DNA of 52,121 nucleotides from a virus: IMG/VR virus record IMGVR_UViG_3300045988_120717; one strand, 5' to 3'. Shown piece by piece: positions 1 to 10,006 of this stretch (position 1 is its first letter; each line of letters starts with the position of its first letter). The notes under the pieces were generated by a model. It saw only the letters and a program-made list of their open reading frames with translations, ran no database searches and was not told where the DNA came from. The position numbers and the translations under genes were made by a program.

Positions 1-1446
1 GGATTAGAACCAGACGACGCGGAGGCTCTTATCCGGGAAGAAGCGAGTAAAAATCTAAGTGACATTGACTTCATCGCGTTAGAGCTGGCAGACTGGAAAG
101 ACAGCAAACGTCGTAAGGAAATGCTAGATGGCTTAGGTTATTATCGCTATACGGTAGGACCAGACATAAAGCAAAAATTATGGGGGCGTGACGCAGATGG
201 CTGTCCAACTTACGTGACAGACGAATCACCTAGAACGCTTGATAATCAGTATGCCAACTTAGTTGACCAAAAGGTTAATTACATGGTTGGTAAACCACTG
301 ACTATGCAGACTAATAATGACAATTACAGCGCATATCTGCAACAGGTTTTTGATAAAGCATTTTTGCGGACTATACAGCGGGTGACAACGGGGACCCTAA
401 ATGAAGGATTAGCATGGCTGATGCCATACTTCAATGAAAACGGGGAACTGCAATTTAAGATGTTCCCTGCCCATGAAATAATGCCATTTTGGAAAAGCGA
501 TGAGCATACCGAGCTAGACATGGCAGTGAGGTTCTATTTAACTGTACAATACGTTGGCAGAACCAAAACATACATCCAACATGCGGACGTATATTATCCG
601 GATAAAGTAGGTCGTTTCATACTTAATAATGGTACATTGACACCTAATACCGAAGAACTTGACAATACTTACGGCGTCGACAAGCAGGGAAATGCTTTCA
701 CCTGGGGTAAAGTGCCGCTAGTCGCTTTTAAGTATAATACCGATGAGATACCGCTTATACGCCGTATAAAAGGGTTACAGGATAATCTGAATAAAATGCG
801 TAACAATTGGAACCACAGCATGAGCGAAAGTGTCATGGATAGCATACTGGTGCTTAGGAATTACGGTGGTGAAAATTTAAGCGAATTTAAACGCCAGCTT
901 ATGCAGTATGGTGCAGTAAAAGTTCGTGATGATGGCGGCGTCGAGGTACTAAGGCTTGACAGGGATGTTGCTGGCTATACGGAGTATTTAAAAAATACTA
1001 AAAAGGCATTAATTGAAAACGGTCGCGGTTTTGACGCTAAAGACGATAGGGTAGATAAGGACCCTAATGAAATGAACTTGCGGTCGATGTATTCAGACAT
1101 AGACCTTGATACAGATATGATTGAACAGCAGTACCAGGCAGCATTTGACCAGCTGTTTTATTTTGTTGACATTTACCTGCAAATGGCGGGAGCCGGTGAT
1201 TTCACCAATGAAGAAGTAACGGTGACATTTAACCGTAACATGATAGTAAATGATGCTGAAATTATTAGTGAGATACAGCAAAGTCAGGGGCTTGTGTCAC
1301 AGGAGACATTACTTGCACATCATCCATTTGTAACTGACATACAAGCAGAGCAGGAACGGCTAAAACAGGAGCAACAAGAGCAAATGCAACAGATGTTAGC
1401 GTACCAGATGGCAGGTGAGAGTAGTAATGCGGATACCGAATCGTGA
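1..1446 (+). CDS. Portal protein, 3' portion. The ORF is open from base 1 and its start codon lies at 51975 across the circular junction.
   Basis: The frame is continuous with 51975..52121 through the duplicated 120 bp. The length and position are those of an SPP1 gp6-type portal, upstream of a MuF-like gene. Confidence 0.75.
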   Translation, partial: GLEPDDAEALIREEASKNLSDIDFIALELADWKDSKRRKEMLDGLGYYRYTVGPDIKQKLWGRDADGCPTYVTDESPRTLDNQYANLVDQKVNYMVGKPLTMQTNNDNYSAYLQQVFDKAFLRTIQRVTTGTLNEGLAWLMPYFNENGELQFKMFPAHEIMPFWKSDEHTELDMAVRFYLTVQYVGRTKTYIQHADVYYPDKVGRFILNNGTLTPNTEELDNTYGVDKQGNAFTWGKVPLVAFKYNTDEIPLIRRIKGLQDNLNKMRNNWNHSMSESVMDSILVLRNYGGENLSEFKRQLMQYGAVKVRDDGGVEVLRLDRDVAGYTEYLKNTKKALIENGRGFDAKDDRVDKDPNEMNLRSMYSDIDLDTDMIEQQYQAAFDQLFYFVDIYLQMAGAGDFTNEEVTVTFNRNMIVNDAEIISEIQQSQGLVSQETLLAHHPFVTDIQAEQERLKQEQQEQMQQMLAYQMAGESSNADTES

Positions 1447-3085
1447 GTATTGGGAAAAACGGTTTGAAGCCTTAGAAGCAGCAGTTCACCAGCAGGGGCT
1501 AGCTACCTACGGTGATATTGAAAAACAGTATTTACAGGCTATGAATGAAATAGATACCGTTCTTGCTGCATGGTTTCAAAAGTTTATGCAGGAAAACAAT
1601 GTCACCTTTACTGAAGCTAAAAAAATGCTACAAGGTAAGGACTTAACTAAGTTTAGGCTGACTATTGACCAGTATATAGCGAAAGCCAAGGAACAAGATC
1701 TATCTGAAAGCTGGCAACGAAAATTAAATAACGCCTCTATTCGTGTTCATGTGTCACGGCTAGAGGCTATTTTATTGCAGCTGCAACAGCATTTAGAGGT
1801 TTTGTTTAATAATCAGCTGGATACGTTAGACGCTGCCATGCGTAACCGATATACTGATAGCTACTATGAAACAGCATTTACTATTCAACATGGGTTCGGC
1901 ATAGGTCATTCATTTAATCAGGTTGATACAAATAAGCTTGATATGCTTATAGCTAAACCGTGGGCGGCGGATGGTAAAAATTTCAGTGACAGGGTGTGGG
2001 AGCATAAAAATAAACTTGTGGCCATACTTAATCAGGAAATGACGCAAGCTGTTATCAGGGGGGACGATTACAGGCGTGCTACAAGCAACATAGCTAGACG
2101 CATGGATGTTTCTAAAGGTGCTGCCGGTCGCTTAGTAATGACCGAGAGTGCATTTTTCGCTACTAAAGCGCAGCAGGATTGTTTTAGGGAACTGGACGTT
2201 GAACGGTATGAGTTTATAGCGACTCTTGATAGCCGTACCAGTGATATTTGTCGTCACATGGACGGTAAGGTGTTCAAAGTCAGTGATATGAAGCCAGGTA
2301 TAACGGCACCACCGTTACATTGTCATTGCCGGTCCTGTACAGCACCTTATTTCGATGATGCTGAGGACGCTGAACGGGCAGCCCGAGGCAAAAACGGTAA
2401 AACCTATACGGTACCAGGTGACATAACGTATAAAGAATGGGAAAAATTAAATGAAACACAAAATCGACCGGTAATTGATTATCCGAATAATGCGCAATCT
2501 TATAAAAGTGTACAGTTAGGAGAAGAAGCCAAGATCATGTTGCGTGGTAAGCCTATAAAAGCTAATAGGGTTAATAGTGCTTATTTTGACACTTATGTTT
2601 CAAAAGATATCAATCTAAAACCTAAAGAGTTACACACAGTCCAAAACATCATTGCAAAGGCTATAAAGATGGTGAAAGGAACAAGTTCAATGCAGCCACC
2701 AAAGATATGTATTGTTTCTAAAGAAAAAATAATGGCAACAGCTGCTTACCTTGCTAGGAATAATACGCTATATGTATCACCAGGCGGTTTATTTGAAAAT
2801 GCGCCATACTTTGCAAAAAGTGATGATAAATATAGTACAGCTGTCCACGAAATGTTACATTGGAAGGACGCGCAGGAGTATATTAAACAATATGGTGCCA
2901 TAACAGACCAAGGAAAATATAGAACATATTTGTGTAAAAAGTATAAGACCCGCCTTGATACCTTAGGCATCAATCGTTATAATGTAATTAAAGTGAGCAG
3001 GTATGCATTTGATAGTTACCAAATGGGAAAATTTGATGAAGTGTTTACCGAGTACCGAGTAATGCAAATAATAAAAGGTGATTAA
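1427..3085 (+). CDS. MuF-like minor head (head morphogenesis) protein with a C-terminal extension of about 240 aa that carries an HExxH motif (AVHEMLHW).
   Basis: The MuF/SPP1-gp7-like core ends near PPLHCHCRSC. The C-terminal extension has an NTLYVSPGG...HEMLH zincin-like motif. The ATG at 1427 is preceded by AGGTGAGAG, and the ORF is also open from a GTG at 1415. Confidence 0.65.
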   Translation: MRIPNREYWEKRFEALEAAVHQQGLATYGDIEKQYLQAMNEIDTVLAAWFQKFMQENNVTFTEAKKMLQGKDLTKFRLTIDQYIAKAKEQDLSESWQRKLNNASIRVHVSRLEAILLQLQQHLEVLFNNQLDTLDAAMRNRYTDSYYETAFTIQHGFGIGHSFNQVDTNKLDMLIAKPWAADGKNFSDRVWEHKNKLVAILNQEMTQAVIRGDDYRRATSNIARRMDVSKGAAGRLVMTESAFFATKAQQDCFRELDVERYEFIATLDSRTSDICRHMDGKVFKVSDMKPGITAPPLHCHCRSCTAPYFDDAEDAERAARGKNGKTYTVPGDITYKEWEKLNETQNRPVIDYPNNAQSYKSVQLGEEAKIMLRGKPIKANRVNSAYFDTYVSKDINLKPKELHTVQNIIAKAIKMVKGTSSMQPPKICIVSKEKIMATAAYLARNNTLYVSPGGLFENAPYFAKSDDKYSTAVHEMLHWKDAQEYIKQYGAITDQGKYRTYLCKKYKTRLDTLGINRYNVIKVSRYAFDSYQMGKFDEVFTEYRVMQIIKGD

Positions 3086-3086
3086 T

Positions 3087-3254
3087 ATGAGAATGCAGTA
3101 TTCAAAAAAATTTCACGATATGTGGGAAAAAATAGCACCTTATACTGACAAATATGCACAAATTAAAGAGGATGCACCTCTGGAAATAAAAAAGTTATAT
3201 ACTGAATTTGTAGCCTTGGGTAATCAAGAATACGAGGCTGCTACAATATGGTAA
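3087..3254 (+). CDS. Small hypothetical protein of 55 aa.
   Basis: ATG follows AAAAGGTGA. It is below the ORF-track size cutoff. Confidence 0.25.
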   Translation: MRMQYSKKFHDMWEKIAPYTDKYAQIKEDAPLEIKKLYTEFVALGNQEYEAATIW

Positions 3255-3679
3255 GCGTGTATGGTGATGAGATGGAGGCTTCGGTGGAAAAGCATCTACT
3301 ATTAACAATCCCATGTGAAAACGGGGAATTGTATAGCACATTAGATTCAAGACGAATAAAGCTAGCTGATTGCACGCCTAGAATAGAGATATATGAAATG
3401 TCGTCACTTGTTCCTATTCTAGGGTGTTCATGTAAAGTTAAGCAGTATCAGGCGGCACTGATATTATGTGATGACATGGATTTCACACGGCGCATTGATG
3501 ATAAGTATTTATGTGCTGTCAGCGGTTTTGTACTGTCAACAGAAGTACAGCGCAAAGACGGTGTATTCGAACGGTTAAATTTTTATGATTTGCAACCCGT
3601 TGACATAGAGCTTGGCGGTACCTGGACATTTGGAATTAATGAATCACCTGAAAAAATAAAACGGCTGCTAGAATTATAA
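3248..3679 (+). CDS. Hypothetical protein. It is a candidate immunity protein for the MuF C-terminal domain.
   Basis: 143-aa ORF lying directly downstream of the MuF-toxin-like gene. It has no recognisable domain. Confidence 0.4.
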   Translation: MVSVYGDEMEASVEKHLLLTIPCENGELYSTLDSRRIKLADCTPRIEIYEMSSLVPILGCSCKVKQYQAALILCDDMDFTRRIDDKYLCAVSGFVLSTEVQRKDGVFERLNFYDLQPVDIELGGTWTFGINESPEKIKRLLEL

Positions 3680-3690
3680 TAGGGGACTGG

Positions 3691-4002
3691 ATGATGGAAT
3701 ATTTCAAAGTGATTTATGCTATACTTGCTACTTTTGAAGCTGCATTAGATGGACCACTAGACAAAGAAAAAGTATCAGCTAGATACCTGAATATCAGTGA
3801 TAAACGCAGAGTAATGCTTCTACTGATGTTGCAGGATGAAGGTTATATAAAAGGGGTTAAAGAGCTTAAAACACCTTTTGTACATGAAGTGAACATCGAT
3901 AATGCAAACATAACTATAAAAGGACTTGATTATTTAGAAAATAATTCAAATATGAAGCGTGCCTATAAAGCGTTAAAAGAGGCAGCAAGTTTTCTAAAAT
4001 AA
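3691..4002 (+). CDS. YjcQ-family protein.
   Basis: About 100 aa. The pattern AILxxLE...LLxLQDEGYIKGV...ITIKGLDYLEENS resembles the Bacillus and phage YjcQ family. Confidence 0.4.
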   Translation: MMEYFKVIYAILATFEAALDGPLDKEKVSARYLNISDKRRVMLLLMLQDEGYIKGVKELKTPFVHEVNIDNANITIKGLDYLENNSNMKRAYKALKEAASFLK

Positions 4003-4084
4003 AAGTTAATACGTTTTTATTAAGCACTTACATTAGGTAGGTGCTATTTTTATACTTAAATTACAGTAAAAGGGGAAATATTAA

Positions 4085-4693
4085 ATGACTAAAGAGGATT
4101 TTATCAAATTAGGATTGACCGAAGAACAGGCTAAGGCTTGCGCAGAAGCCAGCAAAAAAGAGTTAGCAGGTTTTGTATCAAAGGATAAATTAGACTTAGC
4201 AGAGCAAGCCAAGACTACGTTAGAGCTGCAAGCTAAAGAATACGACAAACAGATTAAAACCCTGCAAAAGAATATCAGTGACACTAACAAGCTAAATGAC
4301 ACTATAAAAGAATTGCAGGAAGCAAATAAAAAGGCGAAAACCGATTACCAGAATAAGTTAAATACTATCCGGATTAATCAGGCGATAGATAATGCCATAG
4401 CAGGTGCTAAGGCCAAAAATGCTAAAGCAGTAAAAGCCTTGCTTGATGTAGACGCGCTTGATTTTGACGAAGAAAAAGGAGAACTCAAGGGCTTAGACAA
4501 GCAACTTAAACGATTACAGGAGGCAGATGATTCTAAATTCCTGTTTGACCTGCCGGGGGGCAAACCTAAAGCCGGAGTTAGACAGGGCGCAGGATCTAAC
4601 GGTGGCGATGATGACACTGAGGACAAGTCTTTAGGCATGAGGTTTGCACAGGAATATAATGCGGTTAATACACCAGCAGGTGAAAGTAAGTAA
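4085..4693 (+). CDS. Scaffolding protein (GP20-like).
   Basis: Coiled-coil, K/E/Q-rich protein sitting between the portal and MuF genes and the capsid genes. It is preceded by AAAAGGGGAAAT. Confidence 0.55.
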   Translation: MTKEDFIKLGLTEEQAKACAEASKKELAGFVSKDKLDLAEQAKTTLELQAKEYDKQIKTLQKNISDTNKLNDTIKELQEANKKAKTDYQNKLNTIRINQAIDNAIAGAKAKNAKAVKALLDVDALDFDEEKGELKGLDKQLKRLQEADDSKFLFDLPGGKPKAGVRQGAGSNGGDDDTEDKSLGMRFAQEYNAVNTPAGESK

Positions 4694-4737
4694 AGGCTAA
4701 AAACCTTGCTAATATATAATTAACAGGAGGAAATATT

Positions 4738-5085
4738 ATGTCGAGAATTGCAAAATACGAGACCGACAAAAAGATTAATTTTCTTGATTCGTCGGTAGGA
4801 CTGGTGTTGAAAACTTGTACAGTACCGGACACTATGGGTACGGCTGATGAGTGGGGAAATAAACTGGTACCAGCAGGTACGGTTTTCCCGTCTAACGATG
4901 CGCAGGCTACGGGCATTTTATTTGAAGATGTAGAAGTTACTACAGGCGACCATGAAGGGAGCTTAATGGTAGCAGGACGCGTTATAGCAGATAATTTGCC
5001 GGTAGAGATTGATACAGCTGCCAAAACTGCATTAGAAGCCAAAGGATTCGTATTTACTGAATCCGTAGCAGTGGTACGGGCATAA
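4738..5085 (+). CDS. Head decoration protein (lambda gpD-like).
   Basis: 115 aa, immediately upstream of a gpE-like capsid gene. It has a gpD-like central segment (ATGILFEDVEVTTGD). RBS is AGGAGGAAAT. Confidence 0.5.
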   Translation: MSRIAKYETDKKINFLDSSVGLVLKTCTVPDTMGTADEWGNKLVPAGTVFPSNDAQATGILFEDVEVTTGDHEGSLMVAGRVIADNLPVEIDTAAKTALEAKGFVFTESVAVVRA

Positions 5086-5102
5086 AGGAAGGAATGTAGA
5101 TT

Positions 5103-6131
5103 ATGGATATTATGAAACTTGTTGAAACGAAAGACCTGCTGGATTTTTCACAGAGCTTCAATGTTACTAGAAACTACTTAGGTGACACGCTTTTTCCGGA
5201 TATGAAAACACAGAACTTAAAAGCCGAGTTCTACCGTCTTTCCGACCAGCGTATGCTCCCAACTATGGCACAGGTACATAGTTTTGATTCTGAGACACAT
5301 ATTGGTCAGCGTCCTACGATGGAAAAAGTACAGCTTGAGAAAATGCTAATTAAAGAGAAAATTAATCAAACTGAGCGCGTTCAGTATTGGCTTGATAACG
5401 GCGCCGAGCAGAACAGCATTGTTAAATACATTTTTGATGATGTAGCACGTCTTAGCGAATCCGTCAAAACGCGTACCGAGGTTATGAAAATGGAAGCGCT
5501 CTGTACTGGTAAAATCACGGTAGACGAGAACGGCGCTAAATTTAACGTCGATTACCAGGTACCAGCTGGCAACAAAATCAACTTTAACTGGGCTGATCCT
5601 AAAGCCGACATTTTAGGGGATGTACAGAACCTGATGGATAAAGCGCGTCTAAATGGCCAGCGTATCACGCAGCTTGTAACGTCTACTAAAGTTGTCAGCC
5701 TTTTGCGTAAAAACGAGGGCATCCAAACGTCGATTTATTCGGCACTTGGAAAAGGCACGTATGTCAGCAATACTTTGTTAGCACAGCTATTTAAGGATAT
5801 GTTCGGTGTCACTATTACCACTCATGACGAGTACTACCGCTACGAAGGTAAAAAAGGTGTACTGAGCACTAAACGCTACTTTGATGAGGATAAGCTCGTA
5901 GCTATATCCCCGATGGCAGACGGTTCGTTTGGCCGCGGCTTATGGGGCGCAACTCCTGAAGAAAAAGCGCAGGGACCTTGGACGTCTAAATCCGCATCAC
6001 AGTACATTACAACAGTTATGTGGCAGGAACCGGACCCAGTAGCAGTTTGGACTAAATCATCAGGTGTATTCATCCCTATTATCCCGAATCCGGACGGCTT
6101 GTTTATCGGCACCGTTAAACTAACAGCCTGA
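5103..6131 (+). CDS. Major capsid protein (lambda E-like family).
   Basis: 342 aa, in head-module position after the decoration protein. It resembles the major capsid protein E family. Confidence 0.7.
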   Translation: MDIMKLVETKDLLDFSQSFNVTRNYLGDTLFPDMKTQNLKAEFYRLSDQRMLPTMAQVHSFDSETHIGQRPTMEKVQLEKMLIKEKINQTERVQYWLDNGAEQNSIVKYIFDDVARLSESVKTRTEVMKMEALCTGKITVDENGAKFNVDYQVPAGNKINFNWADPKADILGDVQNLMDKARLNGQRITQLVTSTKVVSLLRKNEGIQTSIYSALGKGTYVSNTLLAQLFKDMFGVTITTHDEYYRYEGKKGVLSTKRYFDEDKLVAISPMADGSFGRGLWGATPEEKAQGPWTSKSASQYITTVMWQEPDPVAVWTKSSGVFIPIIPNPDGLFIGTVKLTA

Positions 6132-6144
6132 CAGGGGGTAAATT

Positions 6145-6495
6145 ATGGAGCTGGAAGTTTTAAAGTTAAAACCACTGTTAGGGATTGCACTTGATGACAA
6201 AGAGCAGGACTTTGCTTTAAACTTCCTGCTTGATAATGTCAAAGAGACAATCCTTAACTACTGCAATTTAAAAACATTACCTGCAGGTCTTGAGAATACA
6301 GCTTATAGAATGGCTATCGATACTTACCGCAATGAGCAGGTAGGTAAAAGCGAAATGGATAACCGAGTCTCATCTATTGAGGAAGGTGACACCAAAGTCA
6401 GCTTTAATAGCAGTAACTTTGACAGTACATACACATCGTCGCTTTTGAAAAATTATCAGTACCAGCTTAACAGGTACCGGAGGATAGCATGGTAA
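6145..6495 (+). CDS. Head-tail connector protein (gp6-like).
   Basis: 116 aa, first gene after the capsid gene. RBS is GGGGGTAAATT. Confidence 0.45.
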   Translation: MELEVLKLKPLLGIALDDKEQDFALNFLLDNVKETILNYCNLKTLPAGLENTAYRMAIDTYRNEQVGKSEMDNRVSSIEEGDTKVSFNSSNFDSTYTSSLLKNYQYQLNRYRRIAW

Positions 6496-6869
6496 AGTTA
6501 GACAATGTACGCAAATTAGCTCGTAAATACTTAGAAAAGCTTTATGAAGGAACCTGTACTATTACAGAATTTAGTAATGTCTATGATCCTGCTACGCATC
6601 GTACTAAACCTGTAAAAAATGTCATATGTGAGGGTGTCACGTGTCACCTGTCATATTCAACGTCACTGGCAGCGAAAAATACTGACACGGTAGCAGCTAT
6701 GGACCAGAATATAACGTTGTTTATATCTCCGAATATACTCGTTAAGCCTGGCAGCATAGTTGAAATAACACAGGCGGGACGAACTACAAAGTTTGAAGCA
6801 AGCGGAGCTCCCGTTGTATATCCCACTCACCAGGAGATAGGTTTAACTCTTACTGATAAAGAGGCTTAA
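6489..6869 (+). CDS. Head closure or head-tail adaptor protein.
   Basis: 126-aa ORF overlapping its neighbours in the head-tail joining module. It contains one copy of the 21-bp GTGTCAC repeat. Confidence 0.4.
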   Translation: MVKLDNVRKLARKYLEKLYEGTCTITEFSNVYDPATHRTKPVKNVICEGVTCHLSYSTSLAAKNTDTVAAMDQNITLFISPNILVKPGSIVEITQAGRTTKFEASGAPVVYPTHQEIGLTLTDKEA

Positions 6870-6871
6870 CT

Positions 6872-7423
6872 ATGGCGGATATACGGATTGATTTAACTGG
6901 GCTGAATAATTTAGCTAAATCATGTAAAAATCTTGGTACTAACAGACAAAAAATGTTTGAAGCTTGTATAAAAGAGTTAGCCGCCCGATTACTGAGGAAA
7001 GTCATTAAGCGGACACCAGTAGGAGTACCACCTAATGACATATCCAAGGAAATTAAAGATAAGTATTGGAAAGGATATGTTGGTGGTACGCTTAGACGAG
7101 GTTGGACAGCTAAAACCGAGGAAGAAGCTAAAAGTGGTAACGTGCCGGATATAGTAGTTTATCTTAACGGTGTGCAGGTTGAGCATAATGGTAACAGCTT
7201 TTTTATCAATATTATCAATCCCGTGCATTATGCGAGCTACGTTGAATATGGCCACAGACAGACACCGGGACGTTTCGTACCAGCTTTAGGCAAGCGATTA
7301 AAAAAGTCATTTGTCGAAGGGCAGTACATGTTGAAAATAAGTGAAAACGAATTGCGGGACCAGGCGCCGGCAATAGTTCAAAAGAAAATAGAAAAGTATC
7401 TAAAGGGGGCTTTTGATGGTTAA
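6872..7423 (+). CDS. HK97 gp10-like tail component.
   Basis: Position and size are consistent. The assignment is by synteny. Confidence 0.4.
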   Translation: MADIRIDLTGLNNLAKSCKNLGTNRQKMFEACIKELAARLLRKVIKRTPVGVPPNDISKEIKDKYWKGYVGGTLRRGWTAKTEEEAKSGNVPDIVVYLNGVQVEHNGNSFFINIINPVHYASYVEYGHRQTPGRFVPALGKRLKKSFVEGQYMLKISENELRDQAPAIVQKKIEKYLKGAFDG

Positions 7424-7850
7424 TGATGTATATACAGGAATAGCAGCAGAACTCGAAAAGAGCTTTGACAATCCGATTGTATACTTTGACAGCCTGCCGC
7501 AAGGTTTTGAAGCCCCCTGCTTTTTTATTAACCTAATGGACAGCAGGCTTGAACCTAAACTATGGAACCGCTATGAGCTGGTAATGGATTTTGATGTCAT
7601 GTATTATCCGGATAATCCCAATGAGGATAATGTCATAGAGCTGCATGACGTTGCGTACAAACTGCTTTTTCAGCTTGAATATATAACGGTACTTAAAAAT
7701 TTACTAAGAGGCAGTGACATGCATTTTGAGGTACAGGATAACGTTCTGCACTTTTTCATTACATACAAGGTAATGATTTTCAAAGAATTAGCAAAATCAC
7801 CATTAATGCAACAGTTGATACAGAACTACAAAATAAAAGGGGTGGAATAA
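7413..7850 (+). CDS. Tail completion or tail terminator protein.
   Basis: 145 aa, lying before the sheath gene. The assignment is by synteny. Confidence 0.35.
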   Translation: MMVNDVYTGIAAELEKSFDNPIVYFDSLPQGFEAPCFFINLMDSRLEPKLWNRYELVMDFDVMYYPDNPNEDNVIELHDVAYKLLFQLEYITVLKNLLRGSDMHFEVQDNVLHFFITYKVMIFKELAKSPLMQQLIQNYKIKGVE

Positions 7851-8062
7851 TGGCTGACGAAAAAACAGATACCAAGGTGACAGCTAAAAAAGATAGCGCT
7901 GTCTATTCAAAGTCTCAAATTTTAAAATCAGATAAATTTAGCAATCATCATGATGTGTTGAATGTGGTTTTAGACGATGACAAAAATTACACTCTTGAAG
8001 AAGTGTTAAAAATAGCTAATGACTTTTTAGCTAAACCAATTAAAGAAATTGTTAATAAATAA
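7850..8062 (+). CDS. Hypothetical protein of 70 aa.
   Basis: Translationally coupled to its neighbour by an ATGA overlap. Confidence 0.4.
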   Translation: MADEKTDTKVTAKKDSAVYSKSQILKSDKFSNHHDVLNVVLDDDKNYTLEEVLKIANDFLAKPIKEIVNK

Positions 8063-8074
8063 GGAGGTTAGAAT

Positions 8075-9430
8075 ATGGCTTTAGGTGGTGGAACCTGGAT
8101 ATTTCAAAACAAGGTATTGCCTGGTGCTTACATCAACTTCAAAAGTCAAGTAAGTGCTGCTGCAAGTGTGGCAGACCGTGGGTATGGTGCAATGCCTTTG
8201 GAACTTGACTGGGGCCCGGAAAATACGATTTTTGCCGTAGAAGCAGAGGACTTTCAGAAAAACTCTTTGAAGTATTTCGGCTATGATTATGCTGACGATA
8301 AATTAAAAGGCTTGCGGGACCTGTTTAAAAACCTTAAAACGGGCTATTTTTATCGTATGTCAAATAATGCGGTGAAAGCACAAGGAACAACAGGAACAGC
8401 TAAATACGGTGGTGAACGTGGCAACGATATAACCGTTGTCGTAGCTGCCAACGTCGATGAGACTAGCAAGTTTGACGTGTCAACATATATTAACGTCGAC
8501 GGGGTTAAAACACTGGTAGATGAACAGACAGTAGCTAAAAAAGCCGACCTCGTTGATAATGACTACGTGGTGTTTACTAAAACCGGTGACGCTTTAACTG
8601 CTAATGCCGGGGATGTATTCACCGGTGGTACTAACGGTGACACGATTACAGCACTGCAACACCAAAACTTTTTAGCTGCTATTGAACCGTATTACATCAA
8701 TACGCTTGGTGTAGTAACAACTGAGAAAACGATTAAGGATCTGTACATATCCTTTGTTAAGCGTTTGCGCGATGACGTAGGTATGAAGTTTCAGCTGGTA
8801 TTGTACGAAGCTGCTGGCACTGACTATGAAGGTGTTATTAGCATTAAAAATCCGGTACAGGACAGTGGTGCAAGTCCTGCCAGCCTCGTTTACTGGGTAG
8901 TTGGTGCTGAAGCAAGTTGCGCGGTAAATGCGTCCTGCACGAATAAAACTTATGACGGTGAGTTCAAGGTAAGAAGTGATTACAGCCAAACAGAACTGAA
9001 AAAAGCTATCAATAACGGTGAGTTTGTGTTCCACCGTGTCACTGACCCTACCGCTGGTGATGTTACAGGCAACATCAATGTGCTTACCGACATTAATACT
9101 TTTACAAGCTTTAGTAAGGCAAAAAGTGCTGACTTTGCTAAGAATCAGGTTATGCGGGTACTTGACCAGATAGCGATCGACATTGCCCGTCTTTTCAATA
9201 AGACTTATCTTGGTAAAGAGCAGAACGACGAGGACGGAAGAATTGCATTGTGGGGTGACATAGTAGCTTACTATCAGGAGTTACAACGTGTACGGGCTAT
9301 ACAGAATTTCAGTTCCAGCGACATTCCTATACCAACGCAAGGTACTGAGAAAACCGCCGTAGTAACGGAACATGCGGTACAACCAACGTGTTGCATGGAA
9401 AAATTATATGCCCAAATTTTAATTGAGTAA
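8075..9430 (+). CDS. Tail sheath protein (XkdK-like).
   Basis: 451 aa, followed by a tube gene. The N-terminus is MALGGGTW. RBS is AAGGAGGTTAGAAT. Confidence 0.7.
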   Translation: MALGGGTWIFQNKVLPGAYINFKSQVSAAASVADRGYGAMPLELDWGPENTIFAVEAEDFQKNSLKYFGYDYADDKLKGLRDLFKNLKTGYFYRMSNNAVKAQGTTGTAKYGGERGNDITVVVAANVDETSKFDVSTYINVDGVKTLVDEQTVAKKADLVDNDYVVFTKTGDALTANAGDVFTGGTNGDTITALQHQNFLAAIEPYYINTLGVVTTEKTIKDLYISFVKRLRDDVGMKFQLVLYEAAGTDYEGVISIKNPVQDSGASPASLVYWVVGAEASCAVNASCTNKTYDGEFKVRSDYSQTELKKAINNGEFVFHRVTDPTAGDVTGNINVLTDINTFTSFSKAKSADFAKNQVMRVLDQIAIDIARLFNKTYLGKEQNDEDGRIALWGDIVAYYQELQRVRAIQNFSSSDIPIPTQGTEKTAVVTEHAVQPTCCMEKLYAQILIE

Positions 9431-9443
9431 GGGGTGAAAATTT

Positions 9444-9929
9444 ATGCCAGATTTAATTCAGACAATGCGGGCCCGTGATGTAAACGCCGCCCGTCTTGCG
9501 TACTGTTTTGCCACCATTGAAAATAACCGTTATTTGCTGATGATGGCAAAAAACTTGAAAGCAACGGTCAAAAAGAACAAAAAAGAAGTCCCGATTTTAG
9601 GTCAGACAGGTGTAGGTCACAAGTCAAACGGCTGGGAAGGCTCCGGTTCTATGACAATCTATAGTGTCACGTCGATGTTTACCAAGCTGATGCAGAAGTA
9701 TAAAGATACCGGTGAAGATATTTATTTTGATATGCAGGTAGTAAACAAAGATGCAACGTCGGCTAGCGGTTCTCAGACTTTGATTCTTAAAAACTGCAAT
9801 ATGGACAGCGCCATCATTGCCGCATTTGACGCGGACGGCGATTGGCTTGAGCAGGATATGGACTTCTCGTTTGAGGATTTTGAAATGCCGCAGAGCTTTG
9901 ATGAGCTTGACGGTGTTCTTGTTAGCTAA
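9444..9929 (+). CDS. Tail tube protein (XkdM-like).
   Basis: 161 aa, directly after the sheath gene. Confidence 0.65.
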   Translation: MPDLIQTMRARDVNAARLAYCFATIENNRYLLMMAKNLKATVKKNKKEVPILGQTGVGHKSNGWEGSGSMTIYSVTSMFTKLMQKYKDTGEDIYFDMQVVNKDATSASGSQTLILKNCNMDSAIIAAFDADGDWLEQDMDFSFEDFEMPQSFDELDGVLVS

Positions 9930-10006
9930 GAAGTAGAATAGTGGCGGATAAGTTTTTCAGTGTCGTAACAGCTTGTCCGCTGTTTTTAATTATGGAGGAT
10001 TTAATT

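Noticed and set aside
8672-9034. 120-aa ORF on the minus strand.
   Set aside because: It lies inside the tail sheath gene and is antisense to it.
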